A stretch of DNA of 64,000 bases, taken from positions 9,597 to 73,596 of the forward strand of contig CAJWLO010000005.1 in assembly GCA_913043235.1 (NCBI GenBank). The letters run 5' to 3'. How positions within the stretch are numbered: the first letter of the stretch is position 1; each line of letters opens with the position of its first letter. Below are positions 38,393 through 48,333 of this stretch, piece by piece. The notes below the pieces were generated by a model. It made no database searches, was not told where the DNA came from, and saw only the letters and a list, made by a program, of their open reading frames with translations. This DNA comes from an uncultured Fidelibacterota bacterium (GTDB taxonomy: Bacteria > Fidelibacterota > Marinisomatia > Marinisomatales > UBA1611). A program made the position numbers and the translations under genes.

Positions 38393-40255
38393 ATGTTTAA
38401 TAATAGACTATTAAAAATGAGATCATCTGAAAATTTTATGCCGCTTGTTAATAAAACCTGGGTTTGGTTAGTACTCATTATTCAGATGTTTAATTTCGGT
38501 TTTGCAACAGGCACCGATGCCTCAAAATCAAAAGAAGTTGAAATAAAATGGGGAATCAAAATTCCATTACGTGATGGTGTTAAAGTGAATGCGACCATAT
38601 ATCAGGAGCGTGGGTTAAAAGATAAGTTGCCTGTCATACTTTGTTTGACACCATATAATGCAGACACATATCAGGATTTTGCCTGGTATTATGCACAAAA
38701 TGGTTACATTTTTGCTGTAGTAGATGTTCGAGGTAGAGGAAATTCAGAAGGTGAGTTTAATCCAATGCTTCAAGAAGCAAATGATGGACATGATATCGTT
38801 GAATGGCTTGGGAAACAAGATTGGTCTGATGGTCAAGTGGCTATGTGGGGCGGTTCCTATGGTGGATATGATCAATGGGCTACTGCAAAAGAATTTCCGT
38901 CACACCTTAAGACTATAGTTCCAGTTGCTTCTTGTTTTATGGGCGTTGATGTACCAATACGTGGTAATATCACTTCACCTTATTGGATTCAGTGGATGAC
39001 GCTTACTAGTGACAAGATTGCAAATTTTAATTTATTTGGCGAGAGTAAATATTGGTCATCTATATACTTTCAAATGTATAAAAACCACCTTCCGTACGCT
39101 GATCTACCGAAATTAGCGAATAATTCAACTACAAAATTTAATGTATGGATGGACAATCCAGAGCAGGGTGAATTTTGGGATAGCTATAATCCGACAGATA
39201 AAGATTTTAAGAAATTCAAATTACCTATTTTAACCATAACTGGACACTATGATGGTGATCAACCAGGTGCTTTGGAATACTTTCATCAGCATATGAAACT
39301 CGGTTCATCAAAAGGACGTAAAAATCATTATCTTATAATTGGACCATGGGATCATGCTGGTACACGTAAACCAAAAAGAGAAGTTGGCGGTCTTGATTTT
39401 GGTGAAGAAAGTCTACTTGATATAAAAAATGTTCATAAAGAGTGGTATGATTGGACAATGAAAGACGGAGAGAAACCCGAATTCCTTAAAAAACAAATCG
39501 CATACTATGTTTTAGGCTCAAATCAATGGAAGTATATTGATTCTCTTAAAGAATTAGATAATAATAGAAAAAAATTATATTTGAATTCTGATGGTAATGC
39601 CACCAGCGTTTTTAATTCGGGTAGTTTAAAATCTGATTTAAACTATGAAAATAGTAAGGATTCAGATACTTATATTTATGATCCTTTAAATACAAAGCCC
39701 GGTGAAATCGAACTTGAAACTGTGGTGGGTAGTGGATATAGAAGTGGCAATGGTTACATTGTTGACCAATCATTTGCAATGTCAATAGATGGTAATGGTT
39801 TAGTTTATCATAGTAAGCCATTTGAGTCGGATACAGAAATTTCCGGCTATGTAAAATTTGTTGCGTGGCTTGAAATGAATGTTGCCGATACTGATTTTAT
39901 CATTAGCCTATATGAAATTCTACCTAATGGAAATAGTATTCTTTTAACTGATGATCAGTTAAGGGCACGTTATAGGAAATCACTAAGGAAAGCTGAGATG
40001 GTAAAACCTGGGAAAATATTAAAATATGAATTTGATGGATTTATGTTTTTCTCGAAACAAATTCAAAAAGATAGCAGACTGCGTTTGGTCTTCAAATCCA
40101 TTAATTCAATAAATTCACAAAAAAACTATAATAGTGGCGGTATAGTTTCACAAGAGTCTGGTAAAGATGCTAAGACTGCAAATGTAACTCTTTACCATAG
40201 TGAGAAATATTCAACTTATCTTGAACTGCCTATTGTGAAAAAAATAAGGAATTAG
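38393..40255 (+). CDS. S15 CocE/NonD family hydrolase
   Basis: VDVRGRGNSEG and the nucleophile VAMWGGSYGGYDQW. ATG 38393 follows AGAGGTGA. The track's GTG 38387 overlaps the upstream stop. Confidence 0.85.
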   Translation: MFNNRLLKMRSSENFMPLVNKTWVWLVLIIQMFNFGFATGTDASKSKEVEIKWGIKIPLRDGVKVNATIYQERGLKDKLPVILCLTPYNADTYQDFAWYYAQNGYIFAVVDVRGRGNSEGEFNPMLQEANDGHDIVEWLGKQDWSDGQVAMWGGSYGGYDQWATAKEFPSHLKTIVPVASCFMGVDVPIRGNITSPYWIQWMTLTSDKIANFNLFGESKYWSSIYFQMYKNHLPYADLPKLANNSTTKFNVWMDNPEQGEFWDSYNPTDKDFKKFKLPILTITGHYDGDQPGALEYFHQHMKLGSSKGRKNHYLIIGPWDHAGTRKPKREVGGLDFGEESLLDIKNVHKEWYDWTMKDGEKPEFLKKQIAYYVLGSNQWKYIDSLKELDNNRKKLYLNSDGNATSVFNSGSLKSDLNYENSKDSDTYIYDPLNTKPGEIELETVVGSGYRSGNGYIVDQSFAMSIDGNGLVYHSKPFESDTEISGYVKFVAWLEMNVADTDFIISLYEILPNGNSILLTDDQLRARYRKSLRKAEMVKPGKILKYEFDGFMFFSKQIQKDSRLRLVFKSINSINSQKNYNSGGIVSQESGKDAKTANVTLYHSEKYSTYLELPIVKKIRN

Positions 40256-40259
40256 CGCA

Positions 40260-41693
40260 ATGAGATTATTTCATATTAAAAATTCATTATTACTTACACT
40301 TCTATTTATTGGGTGCGAGTCAAGTCCTTCCGGCTCTAAATGGAGTTCAGCAATAGATGACATTGCGATGGAAGCTATGAATACTGGCAAAGTGGCGGGC
40401 ATATCTGTGGGAGTGGCGTATGGAGATAGTGAATTTTTTAAAGGTTATGGTATGGCCGACTTGGAATTAGACGTACCAACTCCAGATGATGCAATATATG
40501 AAATTGGTTCTGTAACGAAGCAATTTACAGCAGCAGGTATTCTTAAACTTGCTGAAGAAGGAAAAATCGATCTTAACGCTGATATAAGAGAATATCTTGG
40601 TAGTGATTCTGAATTTCCAGATAAGAAAGGTTATAATACACAAGGTCATATAATTCCTGTAATACGATTATTAGATCATACTTCCGGGATCAAGGGATAT
40701 ACGGAGATGCCATCTGCAAGACCGCTCTTTGTCCAAGACTTACCAAGAGATTCTCTTATATCACTTTTTTCAGATCATCCTTTTGATTTTCCTCCTGGCG
40801 AGCAAATGATTTATAATAATTCTGCATATTTTCTTGCAGGACTGATCATTGAAAAAGTTTCAGGAAAAACATACTCAGATTATGTTGAAGAAAACTTTTT
40901 TAAACCTTTAGGTATGGATAATTCTAGCTATTGTTCGAATGAAGCGATTTGGAAAAACCGTGCCCATGGATATGATACTGATAGAGAAACTGGGGAAATG
41001 ATCAATAAAGGCTATATTGTGCATTCTATTCCATATGCTGCAGGATCCTTATGTTCCACAGTGAGAGACTTGGTTAAGTGGAATCAAGCACTTCATAAAG
41101 GCTCCATCCTGAGTAATAGTGTATATAGACAAATGATTACCCCCGGGCAATTAAATGATGGCACTATATTAAGGTATGCGCAAGGTCTAAGCTTGACAAA
41201 AGTGGCTAACCGTAAAGCGATACACCACGGAGGTGGTATTAATGGCTTTTTAAGTCAGTCACTTTATTTTCCTGAAGAAGATCTTACGGTAGTGGTATTA
41301 GTAAATACTAGCGGACCAATCTCACCAAGCCAGATTGCAGAGAACATCGCAATAAAAATTTTGGGGAATATAGAAGAAGCAGAAAAATCTTATAATCTCA
41401 GTGCGAGCGAACTGCAGCAATTTTCGAAAAATTATACAGGTGTTACTAGAGGTAGAAAAGTTAATGTTGAAATAAATGATAATGGCAAAAACCTAACCTA
41501 TATAATTAAACGAGTTGAGGAAAAAAGAGGTGAAGCCTATTCTGAGGCTGAAGAACAGCCTGAACCAAAAATACTCAAATATAAAGGTGAGGGAATATTT
41601 CGTGATGGAAGAACAATATTTATTTTTTCAAAAAAACTGGATGAGCTGCGAATAGATTTTGGTGGTGGTTATTCTATATTAAAGTCCAAATGA
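40260..41693 (+). CDS. S12 serine hydrolase lipoprotein
   Basis: Lipobox LLFIGC. GSVTKQF (SxxK), MIYNNSAY (YxN), IHHGGGINGF (HxG). Confidence 0.85.
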   Translation: MRLFHIKNSLLLTLLFIGCESSPSGSKWSSAIDDIAMEAMNTGKVAGISVGVAYGDSEFFKGYGMADLELDVPTPDDAIYEIGSVTKQFTAAGILKLAEEGKIDLNADIREYLGSDSEFPDKKGYNTQGHIIPVIRLLDHTSGIKGYTEMPSARPLFVQDLPRDSLISLFSDHPFDFPPGEQMIYNNSAYFLAGLIIEKVSGKTYSDYVEENFFKPLGMDNSSYCSNEAIWKNRAHGYDTDRETGEMINKGYIVHSIPYAAGSLCSTVRDLVKWNQALHKGSILSNSVYRQMITPGQLNDGTILRYAQGLSLTKVANRKAIHHGGGINGFLSQSLYFPEEDLTVVVLVNTSGPISPSQIAENIAIKILGNIEEAEKSYNLSASELQQFSKNYTGVTRGRKVNVEINDNGKNLTYIIKRVEEKRGEAYSEAEEQPEPKILKYKGEGIFRDGRTIFIFSKKLDELRIDFGGGYSILKSK

Positions 41694-41826
41694 CTTTAGA
41701 TTATTTAATAAAAAGTAATAAATAGAAATAACTGCTAAGTTAGCCTTCTCAAAAACCTAAAAATGGGAGGGGATCATCGCCAAGCCGCACAAAATTTCTT
41801 TAATTAAATGCGTTTACCAACGGTTA

Positions 41827-44220
41827 ATTAAATTTCTCATTATAATATATCTTTTTTCTTTTGTAGGATATGCGAATGAAGAAATTGACTTTTACAGTTT
41901 AAAAAATAAAAAGCTCTTTGCATTACGTGTAGAAAACCCACCTATTATTGATGGGGTACTTGATGATGCGGTATGGAAAAGATCAAAAGCCACAAGTGAT
42001 TTTTTACAATTTTTTCCCTATGGTTTAGATCCTCCATCTTTACCAACAGACGCTTATGTACTTTACGATGATGATTATTTATATATTGGGGTTTACAACC
42101 AGGATCCCGAGCCTGAAAAAATAGTTGGAACATTAAGCCGAAGAGATGATTGGAGAACTGCTTTTTCTACTAATTCAGATTGGATAGGAATTGGTATCGA
42201 TTCAAATAATGATAATAAGACGGGGCATTGGTTTGCTGTTAATGCAGCAGAAGTGCAAGCTGATATGTCCATAAATGAAAATGGTATTGGATGGGGAGCT
42301 TATGACCAATCTTGGAATGCGGTATGGGATAGTAAAGTATCCATCGATAATAATGGTTGGTCTGCGGAAATTAGAATCCCATTGGAAATATTTCCATATA
42401 GTTCAGACTCTATTCAGACCTGGGGTATTGGAATTGGGCGATGTATAGAACGTTTTCAAGAGGAAGATTGGTGGCCAGGGAGAAAAAAAGGTGTCCGAGG
42501 ACAGGTTCCTCATTGGGGAGTACTGATGGGGCTCGAAAATTTACCTCAGCATAAACAACTTGATTTAACGCCTTATTTCTTAAGTGGGAAGACAACTGGT
42601 GAAAATGCTTTAAACACTTCTTCAATTGGAATGGATGCTCAATACAACCTATCATCTAATTCAACATTAAATTTTGCATTTAATCCAGATTTTGGTCAAG
42701 TTGAAGCAGATCCTTCAATCTTAAATCTAACAGCATTTGAAACACGGTTAAATGAAAGGAGACCATTTTTTGTTGAAGGGGCAAATTTTTTTAAAAATAG
42801 AATCAATTTGTTCCATTCTCGCAGAATTGGACAGCGCCCCGGATATTATAAACCAAATACAGGTTCTATAATTGATCAGCCTAATGAGACGACTATTTTG
42901 GGTGCAGCAAAAATTCTTGGGGAAAGCCCCAATGGTTTAAAATATGGTATAATTAATGTTATCACAAATAGGGAGTATGGTATTCGCGAATATGAAAATA
43001 ATGGAGAATTGAAGCAGGATAAATTTTTGCTAGAACCATATACAAATTATTTTATTGGGAGAGTTCAAAAACCAATAATTAATAGCGTTTCAACCATTGG
43101 GTTTACAGGAACAGATTTAAGACGCCAAAATGATAAAAATCTGTCAAATGCTTTTAGTTTTGACTGGAATATTAATTTAAAAAATAACCGCCTTTTTCTG
43201 TTTGGGCAGCTTCTCACTTCTAGAAAAGAAGAAAATGGGTTTGGTGGTGCAGTTTCAATTAATTATCGAGACCCTTCTTGGTGGGAGCTAGGTGGATATA
43301 TGGGTGTTGGAGATGATATTTTAAATCTAAATGATATTGGATTTCTACCTAGAGCCAATATGAGAAATTTCGGATTAAATGCAGCAATTCGAAGAGATGA
43401 ACCAAAAGGTATATTTATTAGTCAAAAGCTTTCGGTCGATTATCGTCTAAGTTTTAGATATACGGATAATACGATAATTAGAAATAGAATAAACTTAAAG
43501 CAAGAGAACACATTTAACAATTATTGGAGATTTGGATTTGAAGTTGAGTTAAATCCAGAATCTTTCAGTGATAATGATCAATTTAGAAATTCAAAAGCTA
43601 AGATTATTAAACTAGAATCTAAACAGGTAAATAAAATTTGGATACAGTCAGATCGTAGAAAGCGTATTATTGTTAAACCAAATATTGATTTTATTAATAA
43701 AGAAAGATCAGGCCTTGGGAAAAGAATAGGATTAGATATTACCTTAAAACCAACGGATTATATAAATTTTTCAATCGAATCTTCTGATGACTCTGAGCTT
43801 GATGAAATGCAGTGGGTAGGACTAATTGAAGATTCATTAAACACAGATATTATTTATGCATCTACTAAGCAGACAACAAAAAATACAAATTTTCGATTAA
43901 ATTGGACGTTTTCACCTACTTTAACTTTAGAATGTTTTTATCAACCATTTAAAGTGGATGTGAATTATTATGATTATGGTCGATTGATGAAAGAAAAATC
44001 TTATGATTTAGAAGATTATAATTATTCATCGGAGAAAAGTTTCAAACTTGATAATAAAATTGGCACTTTTGTGTTACGTTGGGAATATCTACCAGGCAGT
44101 TTAATCTATTTAGTTTATAATCTTAATGAACAGGGATATTATTCCTATAGCTCTGAAAGCTGGCAAAGATTAAAATCCAATTCACTATTCTTGAAAATAA
44201 ATTATTTCTTTCAGCCTTAA
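41827..44220 (+). CDS. CBM9-like plus DUF5916 family protein (probable outer-membrane protein); start codon unresolved
   Basis: The frame is open from 41761. Residues upstream of the track's GTG 42253 encode a signal peptide (KFLIIIYLFSFVGYA) and a conserved CBM9-like N-terminal domain (PPIIDGVLDDAVW..DFLQFFP..YVLYDDDYLYIGV..RRDDW..DWIGIGIDSNNDNKTGHWFAVNAAEVQAD). No in-frame ATG, GTG or TTG exists in 41761-42252. ATT 41827 is my best guess; ATT 41803 and ATC 41776 (after GGGAGG) are alternatives. Confidence 0.6.
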   Translation: MKFLIIIYLFSFVGYANEEIDFYSLKNKKLFALRVENPPIIDGVLDDAVWKRSKATSDFLQFFPYGLDPPSLPTDAYVLYDDDYLYIGVYNQDPEPEKIVGTLSRRDDWRTAFSTNSDWIGIGIDSNNDNKTGHWFAVNAAEVQADMSINENGIGWGAYDQSWNAVWDSKVSIDNNGWSAEIRIPLEIFPYSSDSIQTWGIGIGRCIERFQEEDWWPGRKKGVRGQVPHWGVLMGLENLPQHKQLDLTPYFLSGKTTGENALNTSSIGMDAQYNLSSNSTLNFAFNPDFGQVEADPSILNLTAFETRLNERRPFFVEGANFFKNRINLFHSRRIGQRPGYYKPNTGSIIDQPNETTILGAAKILGESPNGLKYGIINVITNREYGIREYENNGELKQDKFLLEPYTNYFIGRVQKPIINSVSTIGFTGTDLRRQNDKNLSNAFSFDWNINLKNNRLFLFGQLLTSRKEENGFGGAVSINYRDPSWWELGGYMGVGDDILNLNDIGFLPRANMRNFGLNAAIRRDEPKGIFISQKLSVDYRLSFRYTDNTIIRNRINLKQENTFNNYWRFGFEVELNPESFSDNDQFRNSKAKIIKLESKQVNKIWIQSDRRKRIIVKPNIDFINKERSGLGKRIGLDITLKPTDYINFSIESSDDSELDEMQWVGLIEDSLNTDIIYASTKQTTKNTNFRLNWTFSPTLTLECFYQPFKVDVNYYDYGRLMKEKSYDLEDYNYSSEKSFKLDNKIGTFVLRWEYLPGSLIYLVYNLNEQGYYSYSSESWQRLKSNSLFLKINYFFQP

Positions 44221-44383
44221 AATATAATCTGCTATTTATTTTTATCCAGCCGATTAAATTTTTATACGGCCCTACCTAATCAAAAAACAACATTTTTATT
44301 GAAAAACGCTACCTATAGGTATTAGATTATATCATGAGGTAGGTATCAAATCTAATTCATTAATAATTTTTAGAAATAAATCA

Positions 44384-46234
44384 ATGGAGAAGTCTCAAAA
44401 TTTGCTCTATTTTTTCTCATCGTTAGTCTTAACAATTCTGTTTTCATGTACGATGAATCCAAAATCTATTGATTCTACAGATTACACAAAAAAAATTGTA
44501 AAGATAACAATGCGGGATGGAATAGAATTAAATACTGAGGTATATACGCCAAATTATTCAGGTGAAAATCTACCTATACTTTTAACACGTACACCGTACG
44601 GGTTAAGGCATGATAATTCAGGAATACATTCATCTTTGAGTACTTCATATAAAGAACTAGCAGAGGACAAATATATTTTTGTCTTTCAAGATATTAGAGG
44701 TAGGTATGGTTCAGGGGGTAAGTTTAGTATGCTCCGCACTCCAATTAAAGAAGACCCAGATGCAGAGGTTGATGAAGCAACCGATACTTATGATACAGTA
44801 GAATGGTTATTAGATAATTTAGATAAACATAATAGTAAGGTTGGAATTCTTGGCATATCTTATGGTGGATGGCTAACTGCTATTGCTTTAACGGATCTGC
44901 ATCCTGCCGTGAAAGCTATTTCGCCCCAGGCGTCTCCGTCAGATATGTACATAGGTGATGATTTTTATCATAACGGTGCATTTCGCCTAGCTCCTTCTTT
45001 TGGATATGCAGCCATGATGGAACGGTCAAAAGAAAACTATCCTTTTGATTTTGGAGATCAAGATGTTTATGATTTTTATTTGAATCTTGGTCCATTGTCA
45101 AATGCAAATAAAAAGTATTTTTTTGGTGATGTTCCAACTTGGAATGATTTTATGAACCATAGTAATTACGATGAATTTTGGAAAGAAAAAGAAGTCACTC
45201 ATTATTTAGATAATATCAGTGTTCCTGCATTAAATGTGGCTGGATGGTGGGATGCAGAAGATTTTTATGGCCCCATGAAAATATATGAAAAATTAGAAGA
45301 AAATGATCAGTCTGGTATTAACCGCTTAGTAGTGGGGCCTTGGCGCCATGGTGGCTGGGCACGTGGCAAAGGAGATAGCTTAGGCGCTATTGGATTTGGT
45401 AGTAATTCCTCAACTTATTATAGAAAAAATGTTCAAGCACCTTGGTTTGCGCATTACTTAAAGGGGGAAAATCTAGATTCTAATCCTGAAGCACATGTAT
45501 TTGTTACAGGTCAGAATGAATGGAAAAGCTATAGTACTTGGCCCCCGCAAACTGAAACAACATCCACAAAATTTTATTTCCTTCCTAATGGTACAATCTC
45601 AAAGGATCCTGCCAATAGTGATTCTGGTGAAAAGTTTCTTACATATATTTCTGATCCAAATGATCCTGTCCCATACACAAAAAGACCGATCAAAGGATTT
45701 TGGCAAGGGGCTCAAGCTCTCTGGAAGGTTGAGGACCAGAGATTCATAAGTAATAGAGAGGACGTTTTAACATGGCAATCGGAGTCTTTAAAAGAAGAAA
45801 TCGAAATTGCTGGTGAAGTTATTGTTAATCTATTCGTATCAACAACAGGTACAGATGCAGACTTTATTGCAAAATTGATTAATGTGTATCCTGAAGATTC
45901 ATCTAACCCGGCTATGGATAATTATCAGTTAATGATCGCAGATGAAGTTATCCGTTCAAAGTTTAGAAATGATTTTTCCAATCCATCACCATTAGTAGCT
46001 AATGAAATTACACCAATTAAAATTTCTCTTGGTTCAAGAGCACACAAGTTTAAAAAAGGTCACCGAATTATGGTAAAAATTCATAGTACTTGGTTTCCAC
46101 TAATTGGCCGTAATCCACAAAAGTTTATCGAAATCCCAAAAGCCAAAACAAAGGATTATCAGAAAGCAAAACATACAATTTACTTGTCAGGTAATAATTC
46201 TACATTTTTGGAGTTGCCGATAGTCAAAAATTGA
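44384..46234 (+). CDS. S15 CocE/NonD family hydrolase (alpha-amino-acid ester hydrolase / glutaryl-7-ACA-acylase-like), lipoprotein
   Basis: Lipobox ILFSC. LLTRTPYG, QDIRGRYGSGG, nucleophile VGILGISYGGWLTA, GPWRHGGW. Confidence 0.85.
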   Translation: MEKSQNLLYFFSSLVLTILFSCTMNPKSIDSTDYTKKIVKITMRDGIELNTEVYTPNYSGENLPILLTRTPYGLRHDNSGIHSSLSTSYKELAEDKYIFVFQDIRGRYGSGGKFSMLRTPIKEDPDAEVDEATDTYDTVEWLLDNLDKHNSKVGILGISYGGWLTAIALTDLHPAVKAISPQASPSDMYIGDDFYHNGAFRLAPSFGYAAMMERSKENYPFDFGDQDVYDFYLNLGPLSNANKKYFFGDVPTWNDFMNHSNYDEFWKEKEVTHYLDNISVPALNVAGWWDAEDFYGPMKIYEKLEENDQSGINRLVVGPWRHGGWARGKGDSLGAIGFGSNSSTYYRKNVQAPWFAHYLKGENLDSNPEAHVFVTGQNEWKSYSTWPPQTETTSTKFYFLPNGTISKDPANSDSGEKFLTYISDPNDPVPYTKRPIKGFWQGAQALWKVEDQRFISNREDVLTWQSESLKEEIEIAGEVIVNLFVSTTGTDADFIAKLINVYPEDSSNPAMDNYQLMIADEVIRSKFRNDFSNPSPLVANEITPIKISLGSRAHKFKKGHRIMVKIHSTWFPLIGRNPQKFIEIPKAKTKDYQKAKHTIYLSGNNSTFLELPIVKN

Positions 46235-46253
46235 ATTAAGTAGTGAGGTAAAA

Positions 46254-48317
46254 ATGTGGAAATATAAAACCCTATTTATTATTGGAATTTTGATTATTTC
46301 AGTGGTTAATGCTGATGATAACATCTTAAAACCAATGGATAATTTTGATTTTGAAGGCGTATCTGATCCACAGATTTCGCCCGATGGTTCTCAGATCCTG
46401 TATGTCCGCTCTGGCAGTGATGTTATGAAGGATATTCGATTTCATAATATATGGATCATTAATTTCGACGGGACCAATAACCGTCCATTAACCAATGGGC
46501 AAAATTTTAATATGTTTCCTAGGTGGTCACCGGATGGCAAACAGATCATTTATGTATCCAGTGCTTCAGGCTCTTCCCAAATCCATAAGCGCTGGATGGA
46601 TACAGGTGAGACAACTGTACTGACAAATGTGCAGACCGGTCCCCATGGTATAAGCTGGTCCCCAGATGGGAAGAATATTGCATTTTTTGGTACGGTACCT
46701 CAAGGTGCAGATTTTAAAGCTGATCTTCCCACACCTCCTGAAGGAGCTAAATGGGCAGCACCGGCTAAGATAATTGATCGTTTAGTGTATAGATTTGATG
46801 GGCTTGGATACTTAAATGGTTATAAGCATTTGTTTGTGGTACCATCAGAAGGTGGTACAGCGCGTCAATTAACTTCCGGACGCTTTAATTTTGTGTTTTA
46901 TCTTGGTGGTCAGTCCGTATGGTCCCAAGATAGCAAATACGTTTATGTCTCTACCAATCTTGAAAAAGATTGGGAGTCTGTTGGATGGGAAGAATCTGAT
47001 ATTTATCAAGTAGATGTTATTAATGGAAAGATGGATCGTCTTACCGATCGAGATGGTCCAGATCAACATCCATCTCCTTCTCCTGATGGAAAGTATCTAG
47101 CTTATACTGGTTACGACGATAATAAAATGGCTGTTAATGTTGCTGAATTATATGTCTTGAACCGAAAAACTAATAAAACAAAAAAAATCAATTTAAAATT
47201 AGATAGAAGTATAGGAAATTTAATTACTCCGCCAACTTTAACTTGGTCCAAGGATGGTAAAAATATATATATCAACTATGATGATCAGGGTAATACCAAA
47301 CTGGCCAGAGCGACGCTTGATGGGAAATTAAAAGTTATTGCACATAATATTGGTGGTGTTGCCGCATTTGGTATGGGTGCCTATGGTGGAGGATCGTATA
47401 CCATGTCATCAAATGGAAACTATGTACATACCTATTCGCGCCCAGATGTTCCTTCAGAGCTTGCTGTTGGGAATATTAAAGGAGGCAAACCGAAAGTTAT
47501 TACATCAATAAATGAAGACATTTTAGCTGGTAAAGAGCTTGGGAAAGTAGAAGAGATATGGTATAAATCTTCTTATGATGGACTGGATATCCAGGGCTGG
47601 ATCATTAAACCGCCTGGTTTTGATCCTTCAAAAAAATATCCATTGATTTTAGAAATTCATGGCGGTCCTTTTCTCAATTATGGTGATCGTTTTGATCTGG
47701 AAAAGCAGATGATGGCAGCGCAAGGCTATGTTGTGCTCTATACCAACCCCCGCGGTAGTACCAGCTATGGTGAGAAGTTTGCACAGTTGATCCACCATGA
47801 TTATCCTGGAGATGATTTCTATGATCTTAACTCTGGAGTAGATGCGGTCATAAAAAAAGGTTATATCGATGAAGATAATCTCTTTGTTACTGGTGGAAGC
47901 GGTGGCGGCGTCTTGACCTGCTGGATGATTGGCCGGACCACTCGTTTCAAGGCAGCAGTGACCATATATCCGGTGATTAACTGGTACAGTTTTGTACTAT
48001 ATACAGATATACCATTTATTGCAAACTACTGGTTGCCTGGTATGCCCTGGGATAATGTGGAGTTTTACGAAAGCAAGAATCTATTATCAGTAGTAAAGAA
48101 TGTAACGACACCTACAATGGTGTTAACGGGTGAAGCAGACTATCGTACACCAATTCACGACTCGGAACAGTATTATGCGGCGTTGCAGCTGCTAGGCGTA
48201 GAGTCAGTACTGGTGAGGGTTCCCGATGAACCTCATGGAATTGCGGTGCGTCCGAGCCATCATATAAGTAAGCTCCAACATATCATGGGCTGGATGAATA
48301 AATTCAATGATAATTAA
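46254..48317 (+). CDS. S9 (acylaminoacyl-peptidase-like) serine peptidase, tandem copy 1
   Basis: PD40-type propeller repeats (ISPDGSQILYV, WSPDGKQIIYVS, WSPDGKNIAFF). Triad: FVTGGSGGG, LTGEADYRTP, DEPHGI. Confidence 0.9.
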   Translation: MWKYKTLFIIGILIISVVNADDNILKPMDNFDFEGVSDPQISPDGSQILYVRSGSDVMKDIRFHNIWIINFDGTNNRPLTNGQNFNMFPRWSPDGKQIIYVSSASGSSQIHKRWMDTGETTVLTNVQTGPHGISWSPDGKNIAFFGTVPQGADFKADLPTPPEGAKWAAPAKIIDRLVYRFDGLGYLNGYKHLFVVPSEGGTARQLTSGRFNFVFYLGGQSVWSQDSKYVYVSTNLEKDWESVGWEESDIYQVDVINGKMDRLTDRDGPDQHPSPSPDGKYLAYTGYDDNKMAVNVAELYVLNRKTNKTKKINLKLDRSIGNLITPPTLTWSKDGKNIYINYDDQGNTKLARATLDGKLKVIAHNIGGVAAFGMGAYGGGSYTMSSNGNYVHTYSRPDVPSELAVGNIKGGKPKVITSINEDILAGKELGKVEEIWYKSSYDGLDIQGWIIKPPGFDPSKKYPLILEIHGGPFLNYGDRFDLEKQMMAAQGYVVLYTNPRGSTSYGEKFAQLIHHDYPGDDFYDLNSGVDAVIKKGYIDEDNLFVTGGSGGGVLTCWMIGRTTRFKAAVTIYPVINWYSFVLYTDIPFIANYWLPGMPWDNVEFYESKNLLSVVKNVTTPTMVLTGEADYRTPIHDSEQYYAALQLLGVESVLVRVPDEPHGIAVRPSHHISKLQHIMGWMNKFNDN
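47739..47920 (+). repeat. 182-bp tract identical to 49801-49982 (copy 1)
   Basis: Base-by-base comparison by eye: tataccaacccccgcgg ... ggcgtcttgacctg is identical in both paralogs. The flanking paralogous DNA differs at roughly one base in eight to ten. Confidence 0.9.
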
Positions 48318-48333
48318 TCCAAGGAGGATAATA

